NCBI GenBank assembly: GCA_963724145.1
Contig: CAVRTO010000011.1
Location: 6,970 to 70,969 of the forward strand
Direction of reading: 5' to 3'
DNA: 64,000 nucleotides
Origin: an uncultured Solirubrobacteraceae bacterium
GTDB taxonomy: Bacteria > Actinomycetota > Thermoleophilia > Solirubrobacterales > Solirubrobacteraceae
A model generated the notes under the pieces. The model was not told where the DNA came from. It did no database searches and saw only the letters and a program-made list of their open reading frames with translations. Made by a program: the position numbers and the translations under genes. This document shows, in pieces, positions 46,606 to 57,148 of the stretch (within the stretch, counting starts at the first letter, position 1; the number at the start of each line of letters is the position of its first letter).

Positions 46606-46911
46606 GCGGACGGCCGTGCCGGGACGAACTTCGGGCATTGAGGGGAGGGTCGGACGGGGCGGTCGTCCGCGGGCGCAGAACGTCGACATCGCGCGCGCTC
46701 TCCGCCTCCGCTCGACGTTCGGCGGCTATGCGGCGCACAACGTCGATCGCGCGGCGGATCGGCGCGTGATCTCGACGTTATCCACCGTATGCGTGCAAAA
46801 CGTCGAGCGCGCTCGCGATCGGCCCGCGATATCGACGTTGTGCGGCCTCGCGGCACTCCGTCCTTCCCCTCGATGCCAGAAGTTCGTCCCGGCGCCACAA
46901 AGACCGTCCGC
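46606..46911. repeat. Nested palindromic element: long imperfect inverted repeat enclosing three 41-nt units (AACGTCGA-N25-TCGACGTT) at an exact 60-bp period
   Basis: Units at 46679-46719, 46739-46779 and 46799-46839. Outer arms 46619-46657 versus 46858-46892 (about 32 complementary positions) plus GCGGACGG 46606-46613 versus CCGTCCGC 46904-46911. Ends 24 nt before the addB start. Confidence 0.7.
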
Positions 46912-46934
46912 CACGCGCGCCACCCTGGAAGCCC

Positions 46935-49867
46935 GTGCCGCTGACGCTCATCACCGGGCCCGCCAACGCCGCCAAGGTCGGCGCCGTCCTCGAGCGCCTG
47001 CGCGCCGCGCGCCCGCGCGACCCGCTGCTGGTGGTCCCCACCGCGGCCGACGTCTCCCACTACCAGCGCGAGCTCGCGAGCTCGAACATCGTCTTCGGCG
47101 CGGAGGTGCTCACCTTCGCGCGCCTGATCCGCGAGATCGCGCGCCGCACGAAGCTGCGCGCGCGGCCGCTCGGGTGGACCGCGCGCGACCGCGTCGTCCG
47201 CGCGGCGGTCGCCGGCGTCCCGCTGCGGGAGCTGGCCGCGTCCGCCGGCACGCCCGGGTTCGCCGACGCGGCGGGGCGGCTGTTCGCCGAGCTCGAGCGC
47301 GGCCGCGTCGAGCCGGCGCGGTTCACCGCGGCGCTGCGCACCTGGGCGGCCGGCGGCTCGCGCTCGGCGTACGCCGGCGAGCTCGGCGCGCTCTACTCGG
47401 CCTACCGCCGCACGCTCGAGGAGCTCGGCCGCCCGTCGCTCGAGGGCTACGCCTGGGCGGCGCTCGACGCGCTGCGCGCCGACCCGGCGGTCTGGGCGCG
47501 GCGCCCGGTGTTCCTGTACGGATTCGACGACCTCACGCCGACCGAGCGCGACGCCGTCGAGACGCTGAGCGGGCACGCCGAGGCCGACGTCTGCCTCGCG
47601 CTGCCCTACGAGCCGGGCCGGGTCGCGTTCGCCGGCCGCGCCGCGACCGTCGAGGAGCTGCGGCCGGTCGCCGCCGAGGTCGTCCACCTGCCGGAGCGCT
47701 CCGAGCACTACGCCCCGAGCGCCCGCCGCGCGCTGCACCACCTCGAGCGCTCGCTGTTCGAGCCGGCGCCCGACCGGCGCCCGCCGAACGGCGCCGTGCG
47801 GCTGCTCGAGGCCGGCGGCGAGCGCGCGGAGGCCGAGCTCGTCGGCGCCGAGGTGCTCGAGCTGATGCGGCAGGGCATCGCCGCGCCGGACATCGCGGTG
47901 CTGCTGCGCGGCGACGCGGGCGTGACCGCGCTGTTCGCCCAGGTCCTGGCCGGCTACGGGATCCCGGTGAGCCACGACCGGCGCGTCCCGCTCGGCCGCA
48001 CGCGGCTCGGCGCGGGCGTCCTCGCGGGGGCGAGGGCGGCGCTCGAGCGCGGCACCGCCGCCGAGCTGCTGACCTGGCTCCGCACGCCCGGCAGGCTGCC
48101 CGACCCCGAGCCCGCCGACCGGCTGGAGGCGCACGTCCGCCGCAACGGGATCACGCAGCGCGCGGGTCGCCCGCGAGGTGTGGGAGACGCGGCTCGGGCA
48201 GCCGGAGCTGACCGCGCTCGACCGGCTCGCCGCGGCCGCCGGCGAGGGCGCCGAGGCGCTGCTCGCCGCGATCGAGGCGGAGGCGCAGGCGATCTGGACG
48301 GCGCCGCACCGGCGCCGCGCCGAGGTGCTCGCCCCGGAGGACCTGGCCGACGCGCGGGTGGCGCGCGACCTGCGCTCCGCCTGCTCCGAGCTGCGCGGGC
48401 TGGCCGCCGCCGACCCCGACCTGCTCGGGCCGCCGGGCGACGTGATCGACGGGCTCGCGCCGGTGCGGGTGCGCGAGCCGTCCGCGCTGTCGGGCAGCGA
48501 GCCCGGCGTGCTGCTCGCCGATCCGCTCGCGATCCGCGCGCGGCGGTTCCGCGCGGTGTTCGTCTGCGGGCTGCAGGACGGCGAGGTGCCGCGCCGCCCC
48601 GAGCCGGAGCCGTTCCTGTCGGACGACGATCGCCGCGCGCTCGCCGTCGCCACCGGCCTGCGGCTGCCGCCGCACGAGGACGTGCTCGACCGCGAGCGGT
48701 CGCTGTTCTACGCCGCGGTGTCGCGCCCCGAGGACGTGCTCTTCCTCTCCTGGCGCTCGTCGGACGAGGAGGGCAACCCGGCCGCGCCGTCCGTCTTCGT
48801 CGACGACGTGCGGGCGCTGTTCGACGACTCGCTCTGGGAGCAGCGCGGGACGCGGCTGCTCGCCGACGTGACCTGGACGCCGCGCGACGCGCCGACGCCG
48901 CACGAGCTGCGGCGCGCCTACGCCGCGGCGCGCAGCGAGCCGGATCCCGACCCGCTCGGCGCGCCCGAGACCGAGGCGCTGCTGGCGATCCTCGCGGCGC
49001 GCGACACCGAGCCGGCGCGCGGGCTGGAGGCGTTCGCGGCCTGCGGCGTCCGCTGGCTGATCGAGCAGTTCCTCCACCCGGAGCGGATCGAGCCCGATCC
49101 CGAGCCGATGCAGCGCGGCTCGCTCGCGCACGCCGTGCTCGAGCGGACGCTCGCGCTGCTGCGCGAGCGCACCGGCTCGGCCGCGATCGTCCCCGAGCGG
49201 CTGGACGACGCGCTCGCGGCGCTGCGGGACGCGCTCGACGAGCGCATCGGCGGCCGCGGCCGCGCGCGGCGCCGTGCGCTGCTGCGCGGGCTCGAGGCCG
49301 ACCTGGAGCGCTACCTGCGCACGGAGGCCGAGCACGGCGCCGGCTACGAGCCGGAGGCGCTGGAGTGGTCGTTCGGCCGCCCCGAGGACCCGCACGGGCC
49401 GCTCCCGCTCGGCGCGGGCGCCGGCGCGGTGACCGGCCGGGTCGACCGGATCGACCGCGGCCCGGGCGGCGCCGCGATCGTGCGCGACTACAAGGGCCGC
49501 ACGGCGGTCGGCGGCGCGAAGTGGGAGGACGACCTGCAGCTGCAGGTGCCGCTCTACCTGCTCGCCGTGCGCGAGCTGCTCGGGCGCGAGCCGGTCGCCG
49601 GGCTCTACCAGCCGCTCGCCGGCCGCAAGCTCGACGCCCGCGGCCTCGTCCGCGACGACGTCCCCGGCGACTACGTCCGCACCGACAAGGTCGACGCCGC
49701 CGGCTTCGACGACGCGCTCGAGGCCGTCCGCGCGCTCGCGGCGCGGACCGCCGCCGAGCTGCACGCCGGGCGGATCCGGCCGTGTCCCGGAGCGCTGCTC
49801 GAACCGCGGCTGCCGGTATCCCGCGATCTGCCGCGCGGGCGAGCCGCGCAACGAGCCGCCGGCATGA
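46935..49867 (+). CDS. addB: AddB-type helicase-nuclease subunit (degenerate P-loop N-terminus, C-terminal PD-(D/E)XK nuclease with Cys cluster); frame disruptions near 48160 and 49795
   Basis: GTG start MPLTLITGPANAAKVGAVLERL...; second frame ...LFLSWRSSDEEGNPAAPSVFVDDV...RGSLAHAVLE...VTGRVDRIDRG...AAIVRDYKGR; third frame RCSNRGCRYPAICR then a TGA overlapping the addA ATG (ATGA). Confidence 0.75.
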
Positions 49868-52800
49868 GGGGCACGCCCGAGCAGCGCGCGGCGATCGCCG
49901 ATCGCGAGGGGTCGTCGCTGCTGGCGGCGGGGGCCGGCTCCGGCAAGACCGCGGTGATGGTCGAGCGGTTCGCGGAGGCGGTGCTCGAGGACGGCGTCGC
50001 CGTCGGCGCGATCCTGACGCTGACCTTCACCGAGAAGGCGGCCGCCGAGCTGCGCGAGCGGATCCGGCGCCGCTTCGCCGAGCTGGGCGAGATGGAGCAC
50101 GTGCGCGCGGTCGACGCCGCCTGGATCGGGACGATCCACGGCTTCTGCGCCCGGGTCCTGCGCAGCCGCCCGCTGGCCGCGGGGCTCGACCCGCGCTTCG
50201 GCGTGCTCGACGAGGCCGCCCAGCGGCGGCTCGCCGCGGAGGCGTTCGAGGCGGCGCTGGAGACGTGGATCGCGCGCCAGGGCAACCCGGCCGTCGACCT
50301 CGCCGCGGCCTACGGCCGCGAGCTGGAGCCGATGGTCACCGGCGCGCACGCCACGCTCCGCAGCCGCGGGGCGGCCCATCCGCGGCTGCCCGTGCCGCCG
50401 CCCCAGCCGCCGCCCGACCCCGCGCCGCTGGCCACGGCCGCCGCGGTGGCCGCCGCCGCGCTCGCGACCGCCGGGGCCGGCGTCCGCGTCGGCCAGGCGC
50501 GCGACGGCGCTGGAGGCCGCCGAGCGGATCGCGACCGCCGGCGGTGAGCCGCCGCTGCCCGGTGCGCTCGACGCGGCGAAGCTCGGCAGCGGCGCGAAGG
50601 CGCTCGAGGATCCCGCCTGCGGCGCCTACCGCGAGGTCTGGGCCGCGTACCGCGAGGCGTGCGCGTCGTACCACGCGCAGCCCGCGCTCGCCCTGCTCGA
50701 CGCGCTGCTCGACGCGTTCGGCACGGCGTACGCGGCGGCCAAGGCGGCGCGCGCCGCGGTCGACTTCGACGATCTCGAGCTGCGCGTCCGCGACCTGCTC
50801 GCGGATCCCGCCCAGCGCACCCGCTGGGCCGAGCGCTTCGCGCTGATCATGGTCGACGAGTTCCAGGACACGAACCGGCTCCAGCTCGACGTGCTCGAGG
50901 CGCTGGAGCGCGACAACCTGTTCGCGGTCGGCGACGAGGCGCAGTCGATCTACGGCTTCCGCCACGCGGACGTGCGCATCTTCCGGGCGCGGCGCGCCGC
51001 GCTCGACGCGTCACGCGTGCGCAGCCTCACCGTCAACTTCAGGTCGAGACAAGAGATCCTGGCGGTGGTCAACGCCGCGATCGGGCCGCTGCTCGGCAGC
51101 GGCTTCACGCCGCTCGTCCCGGGCCGCGCGCCGGAGGTGCTGCGGCTGTTCGAGCCCGACCCGCCCGGCCCGCCGGCGGTCGAGCTGCTGGCCGTCGAGA
51201 CCGCCGGCTGGGACCAGCGCGCGGCCGACCTCGGGCTCGGCACGCTCGCCGCGCAGCCATGGCGCCGCGCGGAGGCCCGCGCGGTCGCAGCCCGGCTGCG
51301 CGAGGAGGTCGACGCCGGCCGCCCGCAGCGCGACGTCGTCGTGCTCGTCCGCGCGACGAGCTCGCTGCGGCTCTACGAGCAGGCGCTGGAGGAGGAGGGC
51401 CTGAGCACCTACGTGGTCGGCGGCCGCGGCTACTGGGCGCAGGAGCAGGTCCGCGACGGCATCGCCTACCTGTCGCTGCTCGCCAACCCGCACGAGGAGG
51501 GCGCGCTCTACGCGGTGCTGTCATCGCCGTTCTGCGGCGTCGGCACCGATGCGCTCGCGCTGCTGGCCGACGCGGCCCGCCGCGAGGGCGAGCGCGCGTG
51601 GCCCGCGCTGCGGCGCGCGGTCGCCGAGCGCCCGCCGTGGTTCGAGGCGCTGCCCGGGGACGCGGCGGCCCGGCTCGCCGGCTTCGCCCGCTTCGCGGCG
51701 GGCGAGCGGCTGCGCGGCGAGCGGCTGCCGGTCGAGGTGCTGCTCGAGCGCGCGATCGCCCACACCGGCTACGACCTCGCGATCCTCGCCCGCGCCGGCG
51801 GCGACCGCCGGCTCGCGAACCTGCGCAAGCTGATGCGGCTCGCGCGCGAGTACGAGCGCGCGGAGGGCCGCGACCTGCGCGGCTTCCTCGGCTACGCCGT
51901 CGGCCAGGATCTCGCCGAGGCGCGCGAGGGGGAGGCGGCGCTCGAGTCCGAAGGCCTCGACGCCGTGCGGCTGATGACGATCCACCGCGCCAAGGGGCTC
52001 GAGTTCCCGGTCGTCTGCGTGGCCGACCTCGGGCGCACCGGCGCGCTGGGCCGCGACCGGCTGCTGATCGGCGAGGACGGCGACGCCGGGCTGCGGCTGC
52101 TCACGCTCGCCGGCGGGGAGCCGGTGCCGGCGCTCGGGTGGGAGCGGATCGCCGCCGCGCTGGCCGAGGCCGAGGCGGCCGAGGAGCGGCGCCTGCTCTA
52201 CGTCGCCGCCACCCGCGCGGAGGAGCGGCTGATCCTCTCGGGCGGCATCGACACCGCGAAGTGGCCCGTCCCGCGCGGCGGCGCGCCGCCGATCGACTGG
52301 CTCGCGCCCGCCCTGCTCGGCGGCAGCGGGCCGATCCCGGCCGACGCGACGGTCCCGTGCGGCGACGGGGCGGTCGCCGTCCGGCTGCTCGCGGCCGAGG
52401 ACGGCATCCCCGCGCCCGCCCCGCGCGAGCGTCGCAGCTCGCCGGGCACCGCGCTGCCCGCCGAGCCGAAGGTGATCCCGGTGCCCGCGCGCCCCGCGCC
52501 GGCCCAGCGCCGGCTCTCGTACTCGTCGCTCACCGACTACGCCCGCTGCGGCTACCGCTTCTACCTCACGCGCGAGCTCGGGCTGCCGCGCGTCACCCCG
52601 CCGGGCGAGATCGTGCCCGCCGCCGACGAGCCTGCGGACGCCGAGCCCGACGTCCGAGGCGGTCACCGGCGAGCCGCCGCCGCTCGACAAGCTCGTCCGC
52701 GGCTCGCTCGTCCACGCGCTGCTCGAGGACCTCGACTTCGCCCGCCCGGAGCCGCCCGACGACGCCACGGTGCTCGCGCTCGGCGAGCGCGCCGGGCTCG

Positions 52801-53402
52801 AGCTCGCGCCGGCGCACGTCGCCGACGTCCAGGAGCAGGTCGCGGCCTTCGCCGCCTCGCCGCTGTGCGCCCGGCTGGCCGCCGCGACCGACGTCCGCCG
52901 CGAGGCCGGCTTCGTCTACGCGCTCGAGCCCGGCGGCGGCGGGCCGCTGCTGAGCGGCTACCTCGACGTCCTCGCGCGCGAGCCGGACGGCGGCGTCCTG
53001 ATCGTCGACTACAAGACCGACAAGCTCGGCGAGGAGGAGACCCCGGCCGAGCTGATCGACCGCTCCTACGCCACCCAGCGCCGCGTCTACGCGCTCGCCG
53101 CGCTGCAGGACGGCGCGCCGCGCGTCGAGGTCGCCTACGCGCTGCTCGAGCGCCCCGCCGAGCCCGTCCTCGCCGCGTTCGGACCGCACGACGCGCCCGC
53201 GCTCGCGGACGCGCTGCTCGCGCTCGCCGAGGGCGTGCTCGCCGAGCGCTGGCCGGTCGCCGAGATCCCGCACCGCGAGCTGTGCGGCGAGTGCCCGGGC
53301 CGGGCGTCGCTGTGCTCGTGGCCGGAGCGGATGACGCTGCGGACGCCCGAGGAGGCCTACGAGTCGGCCGGCACCTTGGCCGGCAGCGGCGGGCCGTCGT
53401 AG
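49864..53402 (+). CDS. addA: AddA-type UvrD/Rep helicase with C-terminal RecB-family nuclease; frame disruptions near 50505 and 52660
   Basis: LLAAGAGSGKTAVMVERF (Walker A), TFTEKAAAELRERI, IMVDEFQDTNRLQ, VGDEAQSIYGFRHAD, TIHRAKGLEFPVV, YVAATRAEERL. Nuclease end GYLDVLAREPDGGVLIVDYKTDKL...C..CPGRASLC. Confidence 0.8.
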
Positions 53403-54274
53403 CCCTCCGGCAGCTCCGGCGACCGGCGCAGGTCGATCACCGCGTTCAGCTCCGCGCCGAACAGCAGCACGACGTTCGCCAGCCAGAGCCAGATCAGCAG
53501 GATCACCGCGCCGGCGAACGCGCCGTAGGTCGCCGAGTACGACGAGAAGTTCGAGACGTAGAAGAAGAACGCGCCCGAGGCGACGATCGTCACCAGGACG
53601 CCGAAGATCGGCGCCCGGGGTGAGCCAGCGGAAGCGCGGCACGTCGACGTTGGGGGCGGCGTAGTAGAGGATCGCGTAGATCGTCATCACCCCGAGCAGC
53701 GCCAGCGGCCAGCGCACGATCGACCAGACGGTCCCGAACTCGGAGCCGAGGCCGATCGCGTCGAAGATGTCGGTCGCGAGGCCGCCGCCGAGGAACAGCA
53801 GCACGAACGTCACCAGCGCCATCGCCAGCACGACCAGCGTCCAGCCGACGTTGTGCGCCTTGCGGCGGACGAACCCGCGGCCCTCCTCGACGCGCCAGAT
53901 CTTGTTGAGCGCGCGCCCGGCGGCCGCGAACGCGCCCGACGCGCCGTTGAGCGAGATCACCAGGCCGATCACGAACGCGCCGACCGCGGTGCCGCGCTGC
54001 GACTGCGCCGACTCGAGCGCGGCTGGTCACCGAGTTCACCGTCGACTCGGGCGCGCCGGCGTCCGTGAGTACGGTCCGCGGCGTCGTTGATGAGCCCCTG
54101 CTGGCCGAAGATGCCGAGCGCGGCCACCGCGAACAGCAGCGCCGGGAACAGCGACAGCAGCGAGTAGTACGTGAGCGCGGCCGCGTTGTCCGTGATCTGG
54201 TCGTCCTGGAAGCGCTTGAAGGCGGCCTTCAGGTCGCCCAGCCTGAATGCGCTGCCCTGACGCCGTTCGGACAT
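53357..54274 (-). CDS. YihY/BrkB (ribonuclease BN-like) family membrane protein; three apparent frame disruptions (about 54068, 54022, 53613)
   Basis: MSERRQGSAFRLGDLKAAFKRFQDDQITDNAAALTYYSLLSLFPALL..., then ...GLVISLNGASGAFAAAGRALNKIWRVEE..., then ...VASGAFFFYVSNFSSYSATYGAFAGAVILLIWLWLANVVLLFGAELN in successive frames. The 3' end overlaps addA by 46 nt. Confidence 0.7.
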
Positions 54275-54321
54275 GGTCCAGGTGCTACCCGGGCCGCCCG
54301 CGGCCAATCGCGGCCGGGCGC

Positions 54322-54927
54322 TCAGTCGCTCTTCGGCAGCAGCGCATGACCCTCGGTCACGGACAGCGCCACGTCGACCACGCGGCGGCTCTGGCTGCGG
54401 GCGTGGTCGCGCATCAGGTCGAACGCATCGCGCTCGTCCACGCCGTGGCGCTCCATCAGGATCCCCTTCGCCCGCTCGATCACGGCGCGGCGCTCGAGCG
54501 CGGACTCGAGCTGGCCGACCTTCTCCTCCAGCCGCTCGGTCTCCTCGTAGCGCCGCAGCGCGACCTCGATCGCACCCTGGACGGACTCCGGCGCCGTCGA
54601 CTCGATCCAGGCGGAGATGCCGCGCTCGGCCGCGCGGGCGACGAACTCCACGTCGCCGTCGCGCGTCTGCGCGATCACCGGGCCGGACGCGTACTCCACG
54701 CTCTCCGCGATCAGCGCGAGCGCGTGCTCGTCGTCCTGGTGGACGACGACGATCGCCAGATCGGGGTCCTCGGTCGAGATCAGCTCGACCGCCTCGGAGA
54801 CCGAGACGACGTAGGGCGCGACCTCGTGGCCGAGCCCCTCGAGCACGTCGGCGAGCGAGTGGAGCGCGTCCTTGTCCTCGTCGGCGATCAGCACGCGGAG
54901 GTGCCGCGTCTCGCTCATCTTGGTCAT
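54322..54927 (-). CDS. REC-ANTAR response regulator (RNA-binding antiterminator type)
   Basis: RVLIADEDKDALHSLADVLEGLGHEV... receiver fold. ANTAR core LESALERRAVIERAKGILMERHGVDERDAFDLMRDHARSQSRRVVDVA. Confidence 0.85.
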   Translation of the reverse strand: MTKMSETRHLRVLIADEDKDALHSLADVLEGLGHEVAPYVVSVSEAVELISTEDPDLAIVVVHQDDEHALALIAESVEYASGPVIAQTRDGDVEFVARAAERGISAWIESTAPESVQGAIEVALRRYEETERLEEKVGQLESALERRAVIERAKGILMERHGVDERDAFDLMRDHARSQSRRVVDVALSVTEGHALLPKSD

Positions 54928-55032
54928 GTCACGGACGCAGTAGAATGTGGCGCAGTCGAGCCCAGCCACCCGCTCGACCCCATCCCGCGCCCCAACGCCC
55001 CGGCGCGCACAAGCCGAACGAGCTGCGTGACC

Positions 55033-55860
55033 ATGGGCGTGGAGAGCATCGAGAATCGTTACGAGGACAGTCGCCGGAACGGCGGTGTCCCACAATACCC
55101 CGCGGCAGGAGACCGGGCGACGCGCGCGGACGAGGACCGCCGGCTGCTGGTGCGCTACCACCGCGAGGGGGACGCTGCCGCGCGCGAGGCGCTCGTCGAG
55201 CGGTTCCTCCCGCTGGCACGCCAGCTCGCCCGCCGCTACCAGCGCGGCGGCGAGCAGCTCGACGACCTCGTCCAGGTCGCGTCGCTCGGGCTGCTGAAGG
55301 CGATCGATCGCTTCGACCCGGCCCGTGAGACGGCGTTCTCGTCGTTCGCGGTGCCGACGATCCTCGGCGAGATCAAGCGCCACTTCCGCGACAAGGGCTG
55401 GGCGGTCCGCGTCCCGCGCGACCTCCAGGAGCTGTCGGTCAAGGTCGACCGGGTCGCGGACGAGATGGCGCGCGAGCTGGGCCGTGCGCCCACGCCGGCG
55501 GAGATCGCCGAGCGCACCGGGAGCTCGCTCGAGCAGGTGCTCGAGGCGCGCGAGGCGTCCGGCGCCTACCGTGCGGTCTCGCTCGACCGGCCGCGCACGG
55601 ACGACGAGGACGACGGGGACTCCTACGCCGACGCCGTCGGCGCCGACGACCCCGGCTATCGCGTCGCCGAGGCGGCCGCGACCGTCGACCGCCTGATGCG
55701 CGTGCTCACCGACCGCGAGCGCGAGGTCCTGCGGCTCCGGTTCGAGGAGGACCTGACCCAGTCGGAGATCGGCACCCGCGTCGGCGTCTCGCAGATGCAC
55801 GTCTCGCGACTCATCCGCCAGTCGATCGCGCGCCTGCGCGACGAGGCGGAGCTGCCCTAG
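55033..55860 (+). CDS. SigB/SigF-type (group 3) RNA polymerase sigma factor, copy 1
   Basis: DDLVQVASLGLLKAIDRFDPARETAFSSFAVPTILGEIKRHFRDKGWAVRVPR (region 2); LTQSEIGTRVGVSQMHVSRLIRQSIARL (region 4). TAGAAT at 54941-54946 is a possible -10. Confidence 0.85.
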   Translation: MGVESIENRYEDSRRNGGVPQYPAAGDRATRADEDRRLLVRYHREGDAAAREALVERFLPLARQLARRYQRGGEQLDDLVQVASLGLLKAIDRFDPARETAFSSFAVPTILGEIKRHFRDKGWAVRVPRDLQELSVKVDRVADEMARELGRAPTPAEIAERTGSSLEQVLEAREASGAYRAVSLDRPRTDDEDDGDSYADAVGADDPGYRVAEAAATVDRLMRVLTDREREVLRLRFEEDLTQSEIGTRVGVSQMHVSRLIRQSIARLRDEAELP

Positions 55861-55865
55861 CCCGG

Positions 55866-56772
55866 CTAGCGCCAGCGCCGGCGGGCCGCCGCCCCAGCGC
55901 CGCCGGTGGCGCCGCTTGCCGCGCCGGCGCCGCTCGACGCCCTGCAGGCGGTCGATCACCTCGCCGCTCCACTCGTGCGTGCGCAGCAGCTCGTAGCGCG
56001 CGCCGACGAACCGCATGTACGCGTCGCCCTCGCTCTCCGCGGAGCGGATGAAGCCGCCGGCCCGCAGCGCGTCCACCACGGGCACGAACTCCTCCTCGAA
56101 CCAGAGCCGCGCCACCTCCTCGCGGTCCATGTACTCGCGCCGCTCCTGCGTGACGCGGAAGCCCCAGGCCTCGACGTTCTCGGCGAGCCGGCCCCAGTCC
56201 CAGGGGTCCGTCGGCCGGACGCGGGCGTGCTGCTCGCGGTCGAGCGGCACGCGCTCGCCGAACAGCCGCTCGTGGTCCTTGAGCGGGAGGTCGGCCAGCC
56301 GCAGCGCCTCGCCGGTCCCGATCCGGGTGCGCACGTCGGTCACGTAGGCGTCGATGTCCTCGCGCCCGAGCGACTTGGCGACCGACACGCGGTGGTGGCC
56401 GTCGCGGACGAAGTGCAGGTCGCCGATCCGGAAGACGGAGATCGGCGGGAACGCCTCGCCGCGGCGCTGGGCGGCGGCGATCCGCTGCCAGCGGCCGCGG
56501 ACGCGCGGCGTGGTGGGGCGGAAGCCGCGATCGAAGTCGCGCGTGCGGTCGACGGTGCCGACGACGGAGTCGAGCGGGATCGTCTGCAGCCCGAGCTGCG
56601 TCTCGCCGACCATCCCGAGCGCGTCGACGACCTCGTCGAACGGGAGGATCAGCCCGACGTCGTCGGGCTCCCGCCGCAGCCGCCGGCCGAGGTCGGCCAG
56701 GATCTGCGAGCGCCGGGCCCGGGTGAAGTCGTCCTGCGCGTCCGCGCCGGGGAAGCCGGTGCCGCCGTCCAC
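55866..56772 (-). CDS. ParB/Srx-fold (ParB-like nuclease domain) protein; no in-frame stop, 3' end inferred from an out-of-frame TAG
   Basis: PPISVFRIGDLHFVRDGHHRVSVAKSLGREDIDAYV (DGHHR ParBc-type motif). As given, the frame runs on antisense through the sigma gene into the ANTAR gene (816-aa track ORF). Confidence 0.6.
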
Positions 56773-56782
56773 CCCGTGAAGG

Positions 56783-57146
56783 CTACGCGGCCTCGGTCTC
56801 CTCGCTCAGCGCGGCCTCGGCGGAGTCGACGATCGTGAAGACCGAGTCCAGGCCCGTGATGCGGAAGGTCTTGACGATCGGCTCCGTGGTGCAGGCCACG
56901 ATCAGCCGCCCGCCGCGCGACTTCAGCCGCCGGTGGGCGCCGATCAGCGCCCCGAGGCTCGACGAGTCGATGAACGTGGTCTCGGTCAGGTCGACGATCA
57001 CGAGGTCGACGCCCGCCGCGATCGGCGCCATCACGCGCTGCTTGAACTCCGGCGCGGTGAAGAGGTCGACCTCGCCGCTGACCGCGACGACGTGCGCCTT
57101 GCCGCCGTCGACGCGGCGATCCTCGATCGCGAACTCGATCGGCCAT
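56783..57146 (-). CDS. STAS-domain anti-sigma-factor antagonist; apparent frame disruption just after the ATG (about 57140)
   Basis: ATG at 57146, then one frame on EFAIEDRRVDGGKAHVVAVSGEVDLFTAPEFKQRVMAPIAAGVDLVIVDLTETTFIDSSSLGALIGAHRRLKSRGGRLIVA. Confidence 0.7.
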
Positions 57147-57148
57147 CG

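Noticed and set aside
46778-46785. DnaA-box-like TTATCCAC inside the repeat element
   Set aside because: It is a single copy formed by the end of one unit plus the linker. There is no cluster of boxes, no AT-rich unwinding element and no dnaA/dnaN context.
46679-46839. CRISPR array, or a 20-aa tandem peptide repeat (QNVDxA...STL/F in the 46571 ORF)
   Set aside because: There are only three units. Conservation is limited to an 8-mer and its reverse complement rather than a full direct repeat, and no cas genes are present. Exact strand-symmetric conservation argues for a DNA- or RNA-level signal, not a coding one. The host ORF otherwise has junk composition.
54928-55032. Long-range pairing GTCACGGACGCAG / CTGCGTGAC enclosing the ANTAR-sigma intergenic region, considered as a leader structure or ANTAR target
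   Set aside because: The 5' arm lies upstream of the only plausible -10 (TAGAAT), so it would not be in the sigma transcript. The internal hairpins lack the paired hexaloop signature of ANTAR targets.
54322-56772. 816-aa single ORF joining the ParB-like protein, antisense of the sigma gene and the ANTAR regulator
   Set aside because: The middle third is the antisense of a well-supported sigma gene and has junk composition. The two ends are unrelated complete proteins, and a TAG lies one frame over at 55866-55868.
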